Shown here piece after piece: positions 53,267-64,000 of a stretch of 64,000 nucleotides of DNA (positions are counted from its first letter, which is position 1; each line of letters opens with the position of its first letter). The DNA is from Octopus vulgaris (Eukaryota). The stretch is from positions 84,010,001 to 84,074,000 of the forward strand of contig OX597820.1 in assembly GCA_951406725.2 (NCBI GenBank), given 5' to 3'. Made by a program: the position numbers and the translations under genes. Below the pieces are notes generated by a model. The model was given only the letters and a program-made list of their open reading frames with translations, had not been told where the DNA came from and made no database searches.

Positions 53267-56150
53267 TAATGTACAAACATGTAAAGAAAGTATTGAAAGA
53301 AAAAAGACAGATAAATCCAAATCAGTGCTATGGTTGCGGAGACCTTCATTTTAAGAAAGATTGTCCCTTTCAAGATAAAAATGTTTTAAGTGCTGTAAAA
53401 TTGGGCATAGAGAGTCAACATGCTGGTTGAAGAAAAATGTAATAAATGAGAAACTGAAGAAAGTCTACACAACAAAAATAAATTATACCATAGAAAACCG
53501 AATATTTATGTTGGTAAAAATAAATGATTTTTCAGACAAATGCGATTAGATACCGGTTCAGACGTATCGATAATTAATACGGCAAAATGGATTAAGATAG
53601 GTAGAAGAAAACTACTAAGATAGCTCAGAATAACATCAAATCAGGAGAACGAGGTCAATTTCGCCAGAAATTAAATGATGCGGAAAAGTAAAATAATGGT
53701 ATCTAAAAATACGATGAATCTGTTCAGTACAGATCTAATTGAAGAATTCGACCTGTGGGATCTACCACTGAATGTATTATGTAAAAGATGAATGCGTCAC
53801 ACTTCGTGTCATATAATGCGTCGGAAAGATTTAAATTAGAATTAAAGAAGATGTACTCTGATGTGTTCTGTAAGGAACTCGGAACATGTAAAACAAATTC
53901 AATGTAATGTTTGAGTTGAAAGAAAATGTAGTGCTGGTGTTCTAACCAAAACGGAATGTGCCTTTTGTGGCGTTAAATCAAGTTGAGAAGGAACTGAAAA
54001 GATTGGAAGAATTGGAGGTAACTAAAACAGTAGACTACTCAGAGTGGGCGGCTCCTACTGTGTATATATAAAAAATGAATACAACAAAATATGAGTTTGT
54101 GCGGACTTCTCAAAAGGTGTTAATGTTTGTTTAAAGACTTACGACTTTCCGCTTCCAATGCCAGAAGAAATATTTGCTAAGTGCAATGATGGTAAAAAAT
54201 TTTCCAAGCTGGATTTGGCAGAGGCCTACCTCCAATTACTGGTAGATGAGAAATGTGCTGAAGTACTAACAATTAATACTCATAAAGATCGGTGCCATTT
54301 CAAAATACTGCCATTTGAGGTTAAGGTCACACCAGCAATATTTGACCAAGTGATGGACACTATGCTAGCAAACTGTGAGTTTGGATGACATATTGGTCAA
54401 AAGGGAATCGAATGACCAGCACATTGAACATATAAAGAAGTTTTTTAGAAGAATAAGTGACGATGGATTTAAAGTCAGTGAAAATAAATGCGATGTTTTT
54501 TTAAACAAAAATAAAGTACTTGAGACAGGTGATCGATGAAAACGGACTAATACCGGACCATGCTTAGGTCGACGTGATAAAAAATATGTCTGCTCTTAAT
54601 AACAAAAGAACATTAAAAGCATATGTAGGTTTGGTAGGTTATCAGCAGCTGTACATACCTAAGATGTATGAGCTAAAAGCTCCGTTCGATGATTGATTTG
54701 TTAAAGAAAAACACGAAATGGGACTGGGCAAACGAACGTCAGAAAGCATTCGAGAATTAAAACAGGGGTTCTCATTAGAGTTAGCATTAAATCATTTCGA
54801 TCCATACCTGCAATATGGCATAGGAGCTGTAATATTGTATAAATTTAGTGATGGTAAAAAGAAATCTATTGCACATGCATCAAGAGTTCTAGTAGCAGAA
54901 TAAAACTACAGCCATATCAAAAAGGAGGCCTTATCATTAATTTTCGCAGTAAAGAAATTCCATATATTTCTACACGGTAGGAAGTTTACACTGCAAACTG
55001 ATCGCCAACAGTTACTGTTTTTTCTTCGGTTCGATAAAGGGTATCCTTATGCATTCAGCAAACCGTTTATAGTGCTGGCGGACTACCCTTTTGAACGATG
55101 ATGCACAGAAGGTGCATCATACCTGAAGCACTGCAAAACAGAAAATTGAATGACATCTGAAGATTGCCCGGATGAAAACCCTCATGAGGAGTTACGTGTA
55201 TTAGCCGAATATGAACAAACAATTTGAGAGACTGGTAAAATAATGTAGGTGATGCGCTATGGCAGCAAAGGCGTCCCCACTACAGATACAACTGTAGCCA
55301 TAAACGGATCCAGCATAGTCTAGACTGCATGTGGATTTTGCAGGACCAATAAATGGCTCTTATATCATCGTGGTGGATAGCTGTTCGAAATGGCCTGAAG
55401 TGTGCAAATGCTCAAGGCTAACCGCAAATGTGACTATTGATTTCTTAGAAGAATTGTTCGCTTGTTAAGGAGTACAATATACGATCGTGTCAAATAATGG
55501 CACACAATTCACGGCGAAGGACTTCAAAAAATTCTATACATCAATCGACATAAATCATAATGTTAACTCCGACATACCATCCAAGATCAAATGTGTTGGC
55601 GGAAGGATTCTTTGACACATTCAAGAGAGCCTTAAGAAAGACCAGACGGGAAGCTTTTGAAGATAGAAACATGTCAAAGTTATTACTGATGTACAGAATA
55701 ACACCAAATCTAAATATAGATCCGGGTAAGTCACCCGCAGATGTGATGTTTTCCAGGAAGATTCGTTCTGTGTTTGACAAATTGTTGTCGGGGCATGCAA
55801 CGGAAAATACAAAATTCGGGAAGTAGAATGAAGTTTTTTCAAGCAAAGCGTATTTTAAAAATGTATAAAAACGGAAAAAAAGACTTGGAACTATGTAATA
55901 CAACTGGAAGTCTGGGTAATGTGATGTAAATGGTAAAAGGACCAAAATATGAACATAAACGGCATTTGAACCAATTAAAGAAAAGATATACAAAAAATCA
56001 AGGCGAGATGAATGGATAATGGTATGACATGTTCCCGGTCACAGAACCACACGTGAAAGCAGAATCGACATGTAGGTCGACCAGGAAAAGTAAACATACA
56101 GAAATTATGAAAATTAACGCCCCCAAAAAAGGGATGTGCTAGTTTCACAC
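52607..56150 (+). pseudogene. Gypsy gag-pol pseudogene (gag, 2 CCHC knuckles, protease, RT, RNase H, integrase)
   Basis: RRYEDIFREEC (gag); CYGCGDLHFKKDCP and CFKCCKIGH; LDTGSDVSIIN; WAAP..VCADFS..PLPMPEEIF..FSKLDLAEAYLQL..INTHK..LPF..LDDILV; [22 protein letters not shown]; RLHVDFAGP..KWPEV..YHPRSN. Many stops and frameshifts. Confidence 0.95.
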
Positions 56151-56233
56151 CAAGGAAATAAAATTATGATAATGATAAATGAATAAATAAATTAAAAAGA
56201 AAAAAGACGAAGCCAAATTCAAATGGGGGGAGG

Positions 56234-56450
56234 TGATGTGTGAAAGTAGAACACCCCTATTTGGTTGGTTCCATATGGACTGTACCACAATATAAATAGA
56301 CATGCGCAGAATGCCGGTGAGCTATGTAAAGCTGGTAGTTGCGTATTGTCAAGTGTAATTACAAGTATTGTGTATCTTGATTGAGTAGAACGCTTTGTGC
56401 GGATGTTAGTTATTATCCCGTTATATTGTACGTCGAACGTGCAATAAACA
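56234..56450 (+). repeat. 3' LTR of the Gypsy element (uninterrupted; single target-like site AGCTATGTAAAGCT)
   Basis: TG...CA termini, TATAAATA, AATAAA near the end; colinear with both halves of the split 5' LTR. Confidence 0.9.
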
Positions 56451-57279
56451 AATACGTAACTGGAAAAATAAAATTCTTTGCAAATGTATCACACAGATCA
56501 CTGTTCTACAGTTGTGATTTGGTGACACAAGATTCAAAATCGTAAACTTCAGAATGCACGAGCTGAAACAACACACTGCTACAACTGAATGACTAAAATA
56601 TACATCTACTCCATGTTAATGGTAAATGTTAAAGATACTGAAATTCCAAGTCAGTTTATCGCAGCTTCAAATCAAAAGGCTCAGTCACTCTAAAAGACAC
56701 CCCCCAAAAAATCAGGTTGATTGCAACTAAATATTTGTACGGGATATAAATGATGATCTCAACAAACAAACTGTATGGCTAAACGAACTGAAGCATGATT
56801 ACTGGCTGCATGGCCAGCAAAAGCAATATGAATAAACGGTGTAATACTAGAAATAGATACAGAGAATATATCAAACAAGAAATTCCCCCTAACCTCATAA
56901 CAGGTCACTAGCTGAAGATTTTCACTTTTTGTCGGCGAGATCTCTTACGGTTGCATGGTTACAGTAACAAGGACACACAAGATCTGTCTCAGTAGTTGTT
57001 AACTGCAACTCTTCTCATACTCAAGCATAGACAAATCACCCGCTGTTAAAATTACCGCCTGCTAGAACGTCATGTACGATGTATACATTAATTGCCCCAA
57101 ACTGTCCTTGCGGGATGATGTACTACCAACAACATTGTAACACCAGAGCAAGTTGGGGGAAAGTAGGATGTGTATGGTTGTATACAGCAGCTACTGATTA
57201 ACAAATTCATCCAGGAACAATAGCAAAAAGTATCCCTGGACTACAAGGAGGTTTTTGAGTACGTTATATGGGTGGATTA

Positions 57280-57950
57280 TCGAAGATTTACAGTTACCCA
57301 AAGTTGTACAACCCCTTGTGAGTGCTATTGAAAGTTTAACCAAAACTTGATACAGCATTTTACTCTTTAGGAATAAGGAACAAATAGCGTAGGATAGCAT
57401 TCATTACTAAAAAGGTATTTTACAGTGTGTTAGTCGGTGTTACTCTTCGTCTTCTCATTAAGCCCACTATCATACCAGTTCACAAAACATAATGACCATA
57501 GAAATGAATCCAGATGTGTCTCTCTTCTATTCTTTGTCTATGTTCTGAAACTGAATGGGTTAAATATCGACCACATAAAAATGCATTTGTACCTCATATC
57601 CTAATTTTCTACGGATATTGGTTTGAAATTTGGTGAGTCCAATCGTACATTTTTCACAATAAAACGTAGAAACGTGTGCTCTCCTCTGAAAACTTAAATT
57701 TGAACTGCTTAACAAACAACCTTTACAGTCAGATGAAAATCATAGGTATCTTAAACAAGATGTAAATGTCAGCCATGATGGATCCATAAATAAGGAGAGA
57801 ATGGGAATGTATACCACAGAAAAGTAACACTTAACTAGCAACTCTTAGATAAACGAAATGCATATTGCCCACAATACCTTTGCATTGCCTTCTTTACGCC
57901 TACATCTGGTCTTCTGAACTGGTCACTACAGGAACTTAATAACATAGATG
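57280..57950 (+). mobile_element. degenerate R4/Dong-like LINE RT fragment (different subfamily from 21390)
   Basis: ITKKVFYS/KGILQ..LLFVFSLSPLS; FSTDIGLKFGES; YLKQDVNVSHDGSINKER; IAHNTFALP. Confidence 0.6.
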
Positions 57951-58139
57951 TTTGTTTGAATTTTGTCTCTCTTTTTTCAGTAAGTGTTATTTCCCATTTG
58001 CTTTTATCTATAAATCAAAGGAAATCAACTATTCCGTTCAAACTCTACCTTTGGGATAAATTTTTAGACTGACCTATTTTCCATTACCTTTCAGACATAT
58101 TCAACGCTGTGGTGCTGAAGTAGAAATATCGTTATAGCA

Positions 58140-58285
58140 AATATTTCTGTTCAATACCATAGATTTGCTTGTCAGTTACTTGACCTTAACCACTTGATCA
58201 TCTCCCTTAGTAGCTGACAATAAGTATATCTCTGTCATGAGCAAGAGTAGGGTTGCAAGGGATTCTTTGTGGTTTGAATAAATGT
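58140..58285 (-). mobile_element. degenerate SINE fragment
   Basis: caataccatagatttgcttgtcagttacttgaccttaaccac...cccttagtagctgac resembles a common octopus SINE body (recognition only). Confidence 0.5.
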
Positions 58286-59749
58286 AACATAAGCGAAATC
58301 TGAAAGAAATATTAGCCATTTTTCATACTTTCTAGGGGTAAACAAATGGGAACGAGCAGTTACTACACACTGGCAAAATTCCTGTACCAAATACTTATTT
58401 GATTCTTTACCTGAAGCATTTATCTTCTACGTACAATTTTGTAGCTCTTAGCAAATGATGAATCGTGTCTCAAATATATAATCCAAGTGTAATCCACTAC
58501 AAAAATCATGTTTAGTATTATAATTTTTATAATGATACATCCCTAATCAGGATTTAAATTCTCTTCGGAAATAAACACTTGCACTTTGATCATGCGTTGC
58601 ACTTCTGGAATATATATCTGTTTCCGACATTGTTTGTTTCCTAATGTTCGATAGTTTACAACCTAAAATGCCATAAGTCTACTATCAATGGCGTAGACAG
58701 CAGCCATTCATTGAATCTGATATCTAGCTAGATCATCATTAGCTTAGTAATTGCGTCTTTTGTAATTTACTCCCATACAAAAAAATCTCTACATCTTTAT
58801 TCCTGTAATTCAATAGAGTGGCCTCTGTTATATTTGGTCATCTCAAAGCATGTTTAATACAAAATGTCATCTCCTTAGAAATTCTGTGTTCTTTCAATTA
58901 GTTACACATTGTTTATCGCATTTCTTGGACATGGATTTCAAATGCAAATCGTAAAATAATGCAATTTCCAGTGCTTATCTTTTCAGTTGATATAGCAGTG
59001 ACTCTCGGGGCCTCGCCTCTTTAGAGTAGATCACTGTAGATGTAAGTTTTGAAATGTAAGGTTTTAATTGAACATGGACAGAACACTTTGAAGTAACGTG
59101 AATATTCCTGTTACATGTAACTAGGTGTATGTGCCAAAAACATCTTTAATGCAAGATATATATTTATTATATCACAGTCATGGTAATATGTATCATGTCA
59201 CATTGAAACTAATAAAAGCTTATCGTATCATAGATATAATAATCAAAATTTATGGCATATCACAAATGTATATTACTGTGCGGGTGAAATATATCCGCAG
59301 TAACGAAGATCTGAAAATAGGAACTTAGAATATTACAACTTTTATTGGTATCTGTTCAGGTCAAATTAAAAGGTATAATGATTTAGCTTTCATTATAGAT
59401 GTAGTTTTAAATCTTTTCTATTTTCTTTGAAATAATAGATTATCAATTTATAAGCAACAACAAGCATGCAACATGAGCAAGACATTTTAAACTAAGTATC
59501 ACCTATGGTTGCTCAAAACTTGCCAAGTTCGAGAATATGTATAGAGTCAAAAATCATATCACCTCTGAAATATGCAAAAACTTCGGTAAGAAATAAAAAT
59601 ACTGATATGTAATAGTAAGAGCGAGATGCATGCGCTGTAGGTATATCATAATGACCTAACTGCTACTTTCTGAGACATGCATAAAACGAAAAAGATCACT
59701 GAAATGTGATGAGAGGTGAAAACAATAGAAATTCATGTACACTATTCTG

Positions 59750-60065
59750 TTACTGTTTTATTCTTTTACCTGTTTCAGTCATTTGACTGCAGCTATGCTG
59801 AAGTACGACCTTCAATCGAACAAATCGAACCCAGGACTTATTCTTTGTAAGCTTAGTACTTATTGTATCGGTCTCTTTTACCGACCCGCTAAATTACGGG
59901 TACGTAAACACACCAATGGCGGTTTTCAAGTGAGGTTTCCATCTACCAAATCCACTCAAAAGGCCTTGGTCGGCCTTGGGCTATAGTAGAAGGCACATGC
60001 ACAAGGTGCCACGCAGTGGAACTTAACTCGGAACCCTGTGGTTTGTATGCAAGCTACTTACCAAA
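59750..60065 (-). mobile_element. SINE (same family as 11091), reverse orientation
   Basis: tgtttcagtcatttgactgcagctatgctg...tctaccaaatccactc...aaggtgccacgcagtgg...aagctacttacca. Confidence 0.88.
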
Positions 60066-60879
60066 ATACAGTATAGAATTAAGCAGAGAAAACGTTGAAA
60101 TAAAAGAATCTTGAAGCTGAATATAAAAGACTATGAGAGTTTGATGTCCAACAATAATAAATTTGCTGATGGTTATGATGAAAACATAAGCAATATATTA
60201 AAAGTTATATCTTGGCTTACAGCTCTATATATAATCCTAGAATAGAAGTAATAACTGGAGGTAGCTTTTAGAAGTACATTTTCAAGTTAATGTCAGAAAT
60301 GAAACAGTACACTCTATACATATCATATAACCTATATTGTAATCACCCAATAAAATAATATACACAAAAATGCAACTAGTGAAATAATAAACAACAGATT
60401 AAACAAGATCTCCACTTACCACAAAACAAACACTCCAATAGTACCGATAAATGACAATGTTAAACCAATAAGCACACAACTCAGTCTACACAATATATTA
60501 ATGCTACATTAAATTTGCACCGTATACTATACAGAATAACTGGCAATCTTTGAATAAAATTGTACAAAATATATTGCACGCACAATAAAACAACTGAATA
60601 TAAACTATGCTGTTTATACAAAACAGAGCAATCACGAAAATAGCATCACAAACAACTAGTCGAACCCCATGTAAAACCAAAATTAATTTAAATGTGCTTA
60701 CACTTGACGATGACACCATAAAACAGGATTCACAACCCTCAGGAAACCTGAGTTGAGAAGGTTGATGAATCTGTAAGTCATGAACAGTCAATACTAAGTA
60801 CAACAACAACAATAATAATAATAATAATAATACTTTCAATTTTGGTACAATGTCAGTAATTTTAGGGAGACCTTATCGA

Positions 60880-61740
60880 TTCTATTCTAATCGTCCTTTT
60901 CAGATCGAACCACCATTTATTGTTGATTAGTGCCCCCGTAAACGCCCTCTTAACTTGTTCACTAATACGGTCACTGAAATATTTACGGCGGCAACGACGT
61001 TTTCAGCTTCCAGTAACCGAGTTCCTGCCTATGAAATCTATCTATGTCGACTGTACAGATCACGAATTTGTGGTATATGCAGTCAACTATATTAAGCTGT
61101 TGGCAAACTGTGCTATCCTTATCTGCTACCCAACAGAATATCTTATCTAGATACGATCTGGATGACCCGATGCGGTTGACCAGGTTCATACTAGCATATC
61201 CTGGAAATCCAGTCGATACCTGCTAGACAATTAAAATTGTTTGAGCAGATTTGCGAGGCTTTTTCGCCCTCCCCTCCTATCTGATGAATCTACACGGTCC
61301 CACCTTACATCTAAAACTCCATTGCAATCCCCCACTAACATTGAAGAGCGAGACGTTCCCATGAAGCTTTCCAGACGTCTAAAGAAATCTGGTCGTCCTG
61401 CCCCTATCTGGGCATAGACGGCAACTAGCCTTAAAGTATCTCCCTCACTGCCTGTCACGTCCAGGACCACCGACATACCTTCCGGATCCAGGAAGATCGT
61501 CTTTATTGCAAGATTCATTTTTCTCGAACCATCACGGCAACCACTCCTTCTGCTTCCGGACGACTTGGAGATGCATACACCTCATAGAAACCGAGAATGG
61601 GTCAGAATTATCGTGAGTTGTAAATCTGGTTTCACTAATGGCTACGTATTTGAGCAGGTGACCCCGCTTCCAAGGCGAACCCAGGCCATGTTCATTTACG
61701 CTGCCTATTCTGTAAACGAACATGTTGTCGGAAAATGTAA
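60880..61740 (-). mobile_element. Tx1/L1-clade LINE apurinic-like endonuclease fragment
   Basis: VAISETR; DPEG..VVLDV..LRLVAVYAQ..FFRRLE..LVGDCNGVLD..DR; SYLDKIFC..HKFVIC..GYWKLKTSL (Tx1/L1 SRLDR...SDH...GYWKLNxSL). Confidence 0.88.
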
Positions 61741-62090
61741 AGGAAACGTAAATTTACCTGGATTTGTTTGGTGTGGTAGATTGTCTGTACCTCCTGTTTA
61801 CTTTGGGTGTTTCCAAGTGTAAATCACCAAGAATTCTCTGGGGGATATTCCTTCGAAAAACTCCGATTTCCTGAGGCAATTGGATTTTTAAGTGTGTGTA
61901 TGTATTTTGTGTTGTTTCAAAGGTTTGTTTGTGTGCAGGTCGGGAGATTTTGGGTGTGATGAAATTTTCTGGTGTAATGTTTGTATTTGTTATGTATTTC
62001 ATAAATTCATTGTTTCTTGTGCTTATTGCCAGGTGGTTTGTAATGCTAGTCTCTTTAACTTATGCTGATATTGTTACTGTTGTTATTGTT

Positions 62091-63072
62091 GTTAGTTACT
62101 TAGTTAATTTTCTGGCTCAAAAAGCAAAAAGCAAGGCCATGTAGGAGGACATGGAGTTATGTACAGGGTGGTGTTCATGTAAAGAGTTCAGGCCACTTGT
62201 GGTCAAAGGATACTTTGAACCGAGCGGTCGTCGGCATCTTCACTATCTCGTCCGGCAGCTTATTCCACGGATCCGCAACACGGACGGAGAAAGCCCCTTT
62301 CCTTCGATTGAGATGAAATCGTCGCAGATAGAGCTTTTCGGAGTGACCCCGCAGCCGTCGTTCTGGAGCAGGAGTGAAGAACAGCTCTTTCGAGATGTTA
62401 CACTTTCCGCTTATGATGTTGTGAGCAAGAATGAGATCACCACTGCGTCGTCGTTTTTCTAGAGAATAAAGGTCGAGCGTCTTCAGCCTTTCTTCATAAG
62501 AGAAATGCTGGAGACCAAGTACCATGCGGGTAGCCAGCTTCTGGACTCTTTCGAGATGATGTATGTCTTTGAGGAGATAAGGAGAAGAGGCTTGAATCCC
62601 CTATTCCAATATGGGTCTCACCAGCGTGACATAGAGCGGTAGGAATATGGCTGTTGTGAGCATGCCGAATGACCGTCGAATCAAAAACAGAACTCCACGT
62701 GCTTTGTTGGCAGCATGGATGCACTGGGCTGAAGGCGAAAAGGAAGAATCCACTTGATACCCAGGTCCTTTACCTGATCGGTCCTCTCCAGCAGCAGACG
62801 ACCCGGCTCGAAATCAAGTTGAGTTGCAGGAGAAGAGCCAACAGGTAGATGACAGCACTTTGACACGTTGAGACACAGGTCCCATTCGTTAGACCATCTC
62901 CAAATTTGGTGGAGGCATCGACGAAGATCCACTATATTAGCGCGAGGAGCGACCAGTTTGACATCATCGGCAAATAGAAGAGTATGTTACGTGAGGTCGT
63001 CGGGCAAGTCATTTATGAAGACTAAGAACAATAAGGGCCCAAGCACTGAACCTTGAGGCACGCCACCGCTCG
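62091..63072 (-). mobile_element. young 5'-truncated CR1-group LINE (RT C-half, 3' UTR, (TAAC)n-like tail)
   Basis: GVPQGSVLGPLLFLVFINDLP..LLFADDVKL..KDLGI..LVRPILEYG..LERVQKLATRMV..YEERLKTLDLYSLEKRR..RGHSEKL..FSVRV..WNKLP. Only a few lesions. Confidence 0.95.
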
Positions 63073-63221
63073 CACATGTTTTTGCTTTGTTCATGTAAGG
63101 TAGCAGTTATATAATTTTCCTATTTGCTAACCTATATTTAATTGTGTGAGTAACCTTTCTCCTGATGCTATTGTTGTTCAGTTGTATATTTAAGAGATGA
63201 GGAATTACGTACATTATTTGC

Positions 63222-63726
63222 ATTATTTACAATTGACGGAAATTTCTCTTCGTCTCATTTGGTGTTAACACAATGTTTCGGTTGATATACCCTACAGGCT
63301 TCATTAGGTGACTTGGGGAAATTTCGAACCTGGGTTTTCATTCCTAAGGTATTTTTCGATGTTGTTGTTGTTGTTGTTGTTATTATTATCATTATAATCA
63401 TTATTATTATTATTCAGGTCACTGCCTGGAACCGAACTCGGAATCTTTGAGTTAGGTGCCCGCGCTCTCAACCACTACGCCACGGGCATATGACGTAGTT
63501 GTTAATAGCGTGGGCTACTAACCACAATATTCCGAGTTCGATTCCAGGAAGTTACCTGAACAACAGTAACAATAATAATAATAACAACATCGAAAAATAC
63601 CTTAGGAATGAGAACCCAGGTTCGAAATTTCCCCAAGACACCTGATGAAGGCTGGAGGGTATATCTGCCGAAACGTTGTGTTAACAGCAAACAAGATGAA
63701 GATCAATATCCGTCAACTGTAAATGC
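63222..63726. mobile_element. palindromic element: back-to-back tRNA-like heads plus a minimal hammerhead in each arm
   Basis: Arms 63222-63482 and 63491-63726 are reverse complements. A-box TGGCGTAGTGG and B-box GAGTTCGATTCC near the centre; hammerhead-like motifs at 63637-63682 (+) and 63267-63312 (-). Confidence 0.85.
63637..63682 (+). ncRNA. minimal type I hammerhead ribozyme candidate
   Basis: GACAC-CTGATGA-A-GGCTGG-AGGGTATA-TCTGCC-GAAAC-GTT-GTGTT: stem I GACAC/GTGTT, intact CUGAUGA and GAAA cores, loopless palindromic stem III (AACGTT), GUU cleavage triplet. Confidence 0.7.
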
Positions 63727-63859
63727 TGTTTTTTCTTCTAGTCTTTGTAAGATTAGTGTGTTTACTGATTATTTTCCCTTCCGTGTTGTTGCTCGTAGTT
63801 GTTTTGCAGTATTTTTGTATTTCTATTGCTACTAGCACATGAACAACATTAACGGTAAC

Positions 63860-64000
63860 AATATAATGATGATTATGATTCTCCTGGTGATGAGAATGGC
63901 GACGATTTTCATAATGGTGGACACCATGCTGCTGTTGCTGCTTATGAAGATGATGATGATGTTGATGAAGATGATAGTGATGATGATGATGTTGATGATG
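63860..64000. repeat. degenerate (GAT)n trinucleotide repeat
   Basis: Directly visible. Confidence 0.85.

Larger units (their letters stand above)
48901..56450 (+). mobile_element. full-length decayed Mag-clade Ty3/Gypsy LTR retrotransposon (5' LTR interrupted)
   Basis: 5' LTR halves 48901-49000 and 52382-~52508 align with the 3' LTR 56234-56450. PBS tggtgacgag at 52511 (near-complement of the tRNA-Ser 3' end). PPT ggggggagg at 56225-56233. Confidence 0.92.

Noticed and set aside
48895-56456. Target-site duplication around the Gypsy element
   Set aside because: The flanks (agcac versus aatac) match only partially, so it is not supportable.
63485-63560. tRNA gene
   Set aside because: A/B boxes are present but the acceptor and T stems do not close properly, and it is embedded in a repeated palindromic element; treated as a SINE-like head.

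Overview
AT-rich, microsatellite-saturated eukaryotic DNA. The SINE families and repeat style look like an octopus (coleoid cephalopod) genome; this is inferred from recognition, not from a search. No host protein-coding gene can be called with confidence, and most track ORFs are translations of (TA)n/(CA)n/(AAT)n repeats. The window is dense with decayed transposons: three Mag-like Ty3/Gypsy remnants (one full-length with both LTRs), a Chapaev3 DNA transposon, several mariner/Tc1 relics, RTE, R4/Dong, CR1 and Tx1/L1 LINE fragments, a Penelope-like GIY-YIG remnant and many tRNA-derived SINEs. Two systems stand out. (1) Two highly diverged ~1.7 kb retroelements that encode only an ORF1/gag-like Zn-knuckle protein, with no RT, sit in tandem at the same 14-bp site (AGCTGTGTAAAGCC), about 30 bp downstream of the TATA box inside the 5' LTR of the Gypsy element. 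They share their 3' tail with a SINE in this window, which suggests site-specific, LTR-promoter-parasitising non-autonomous elements. (2) Several unrelated palindromic (foldback) non-coding elements carry minimal Penelope-type hammerhead-ribozyme motifs, and one has back-to-back tRNA-like Pol III heads at its centre. Coordinates of degenerate elements are approximate.
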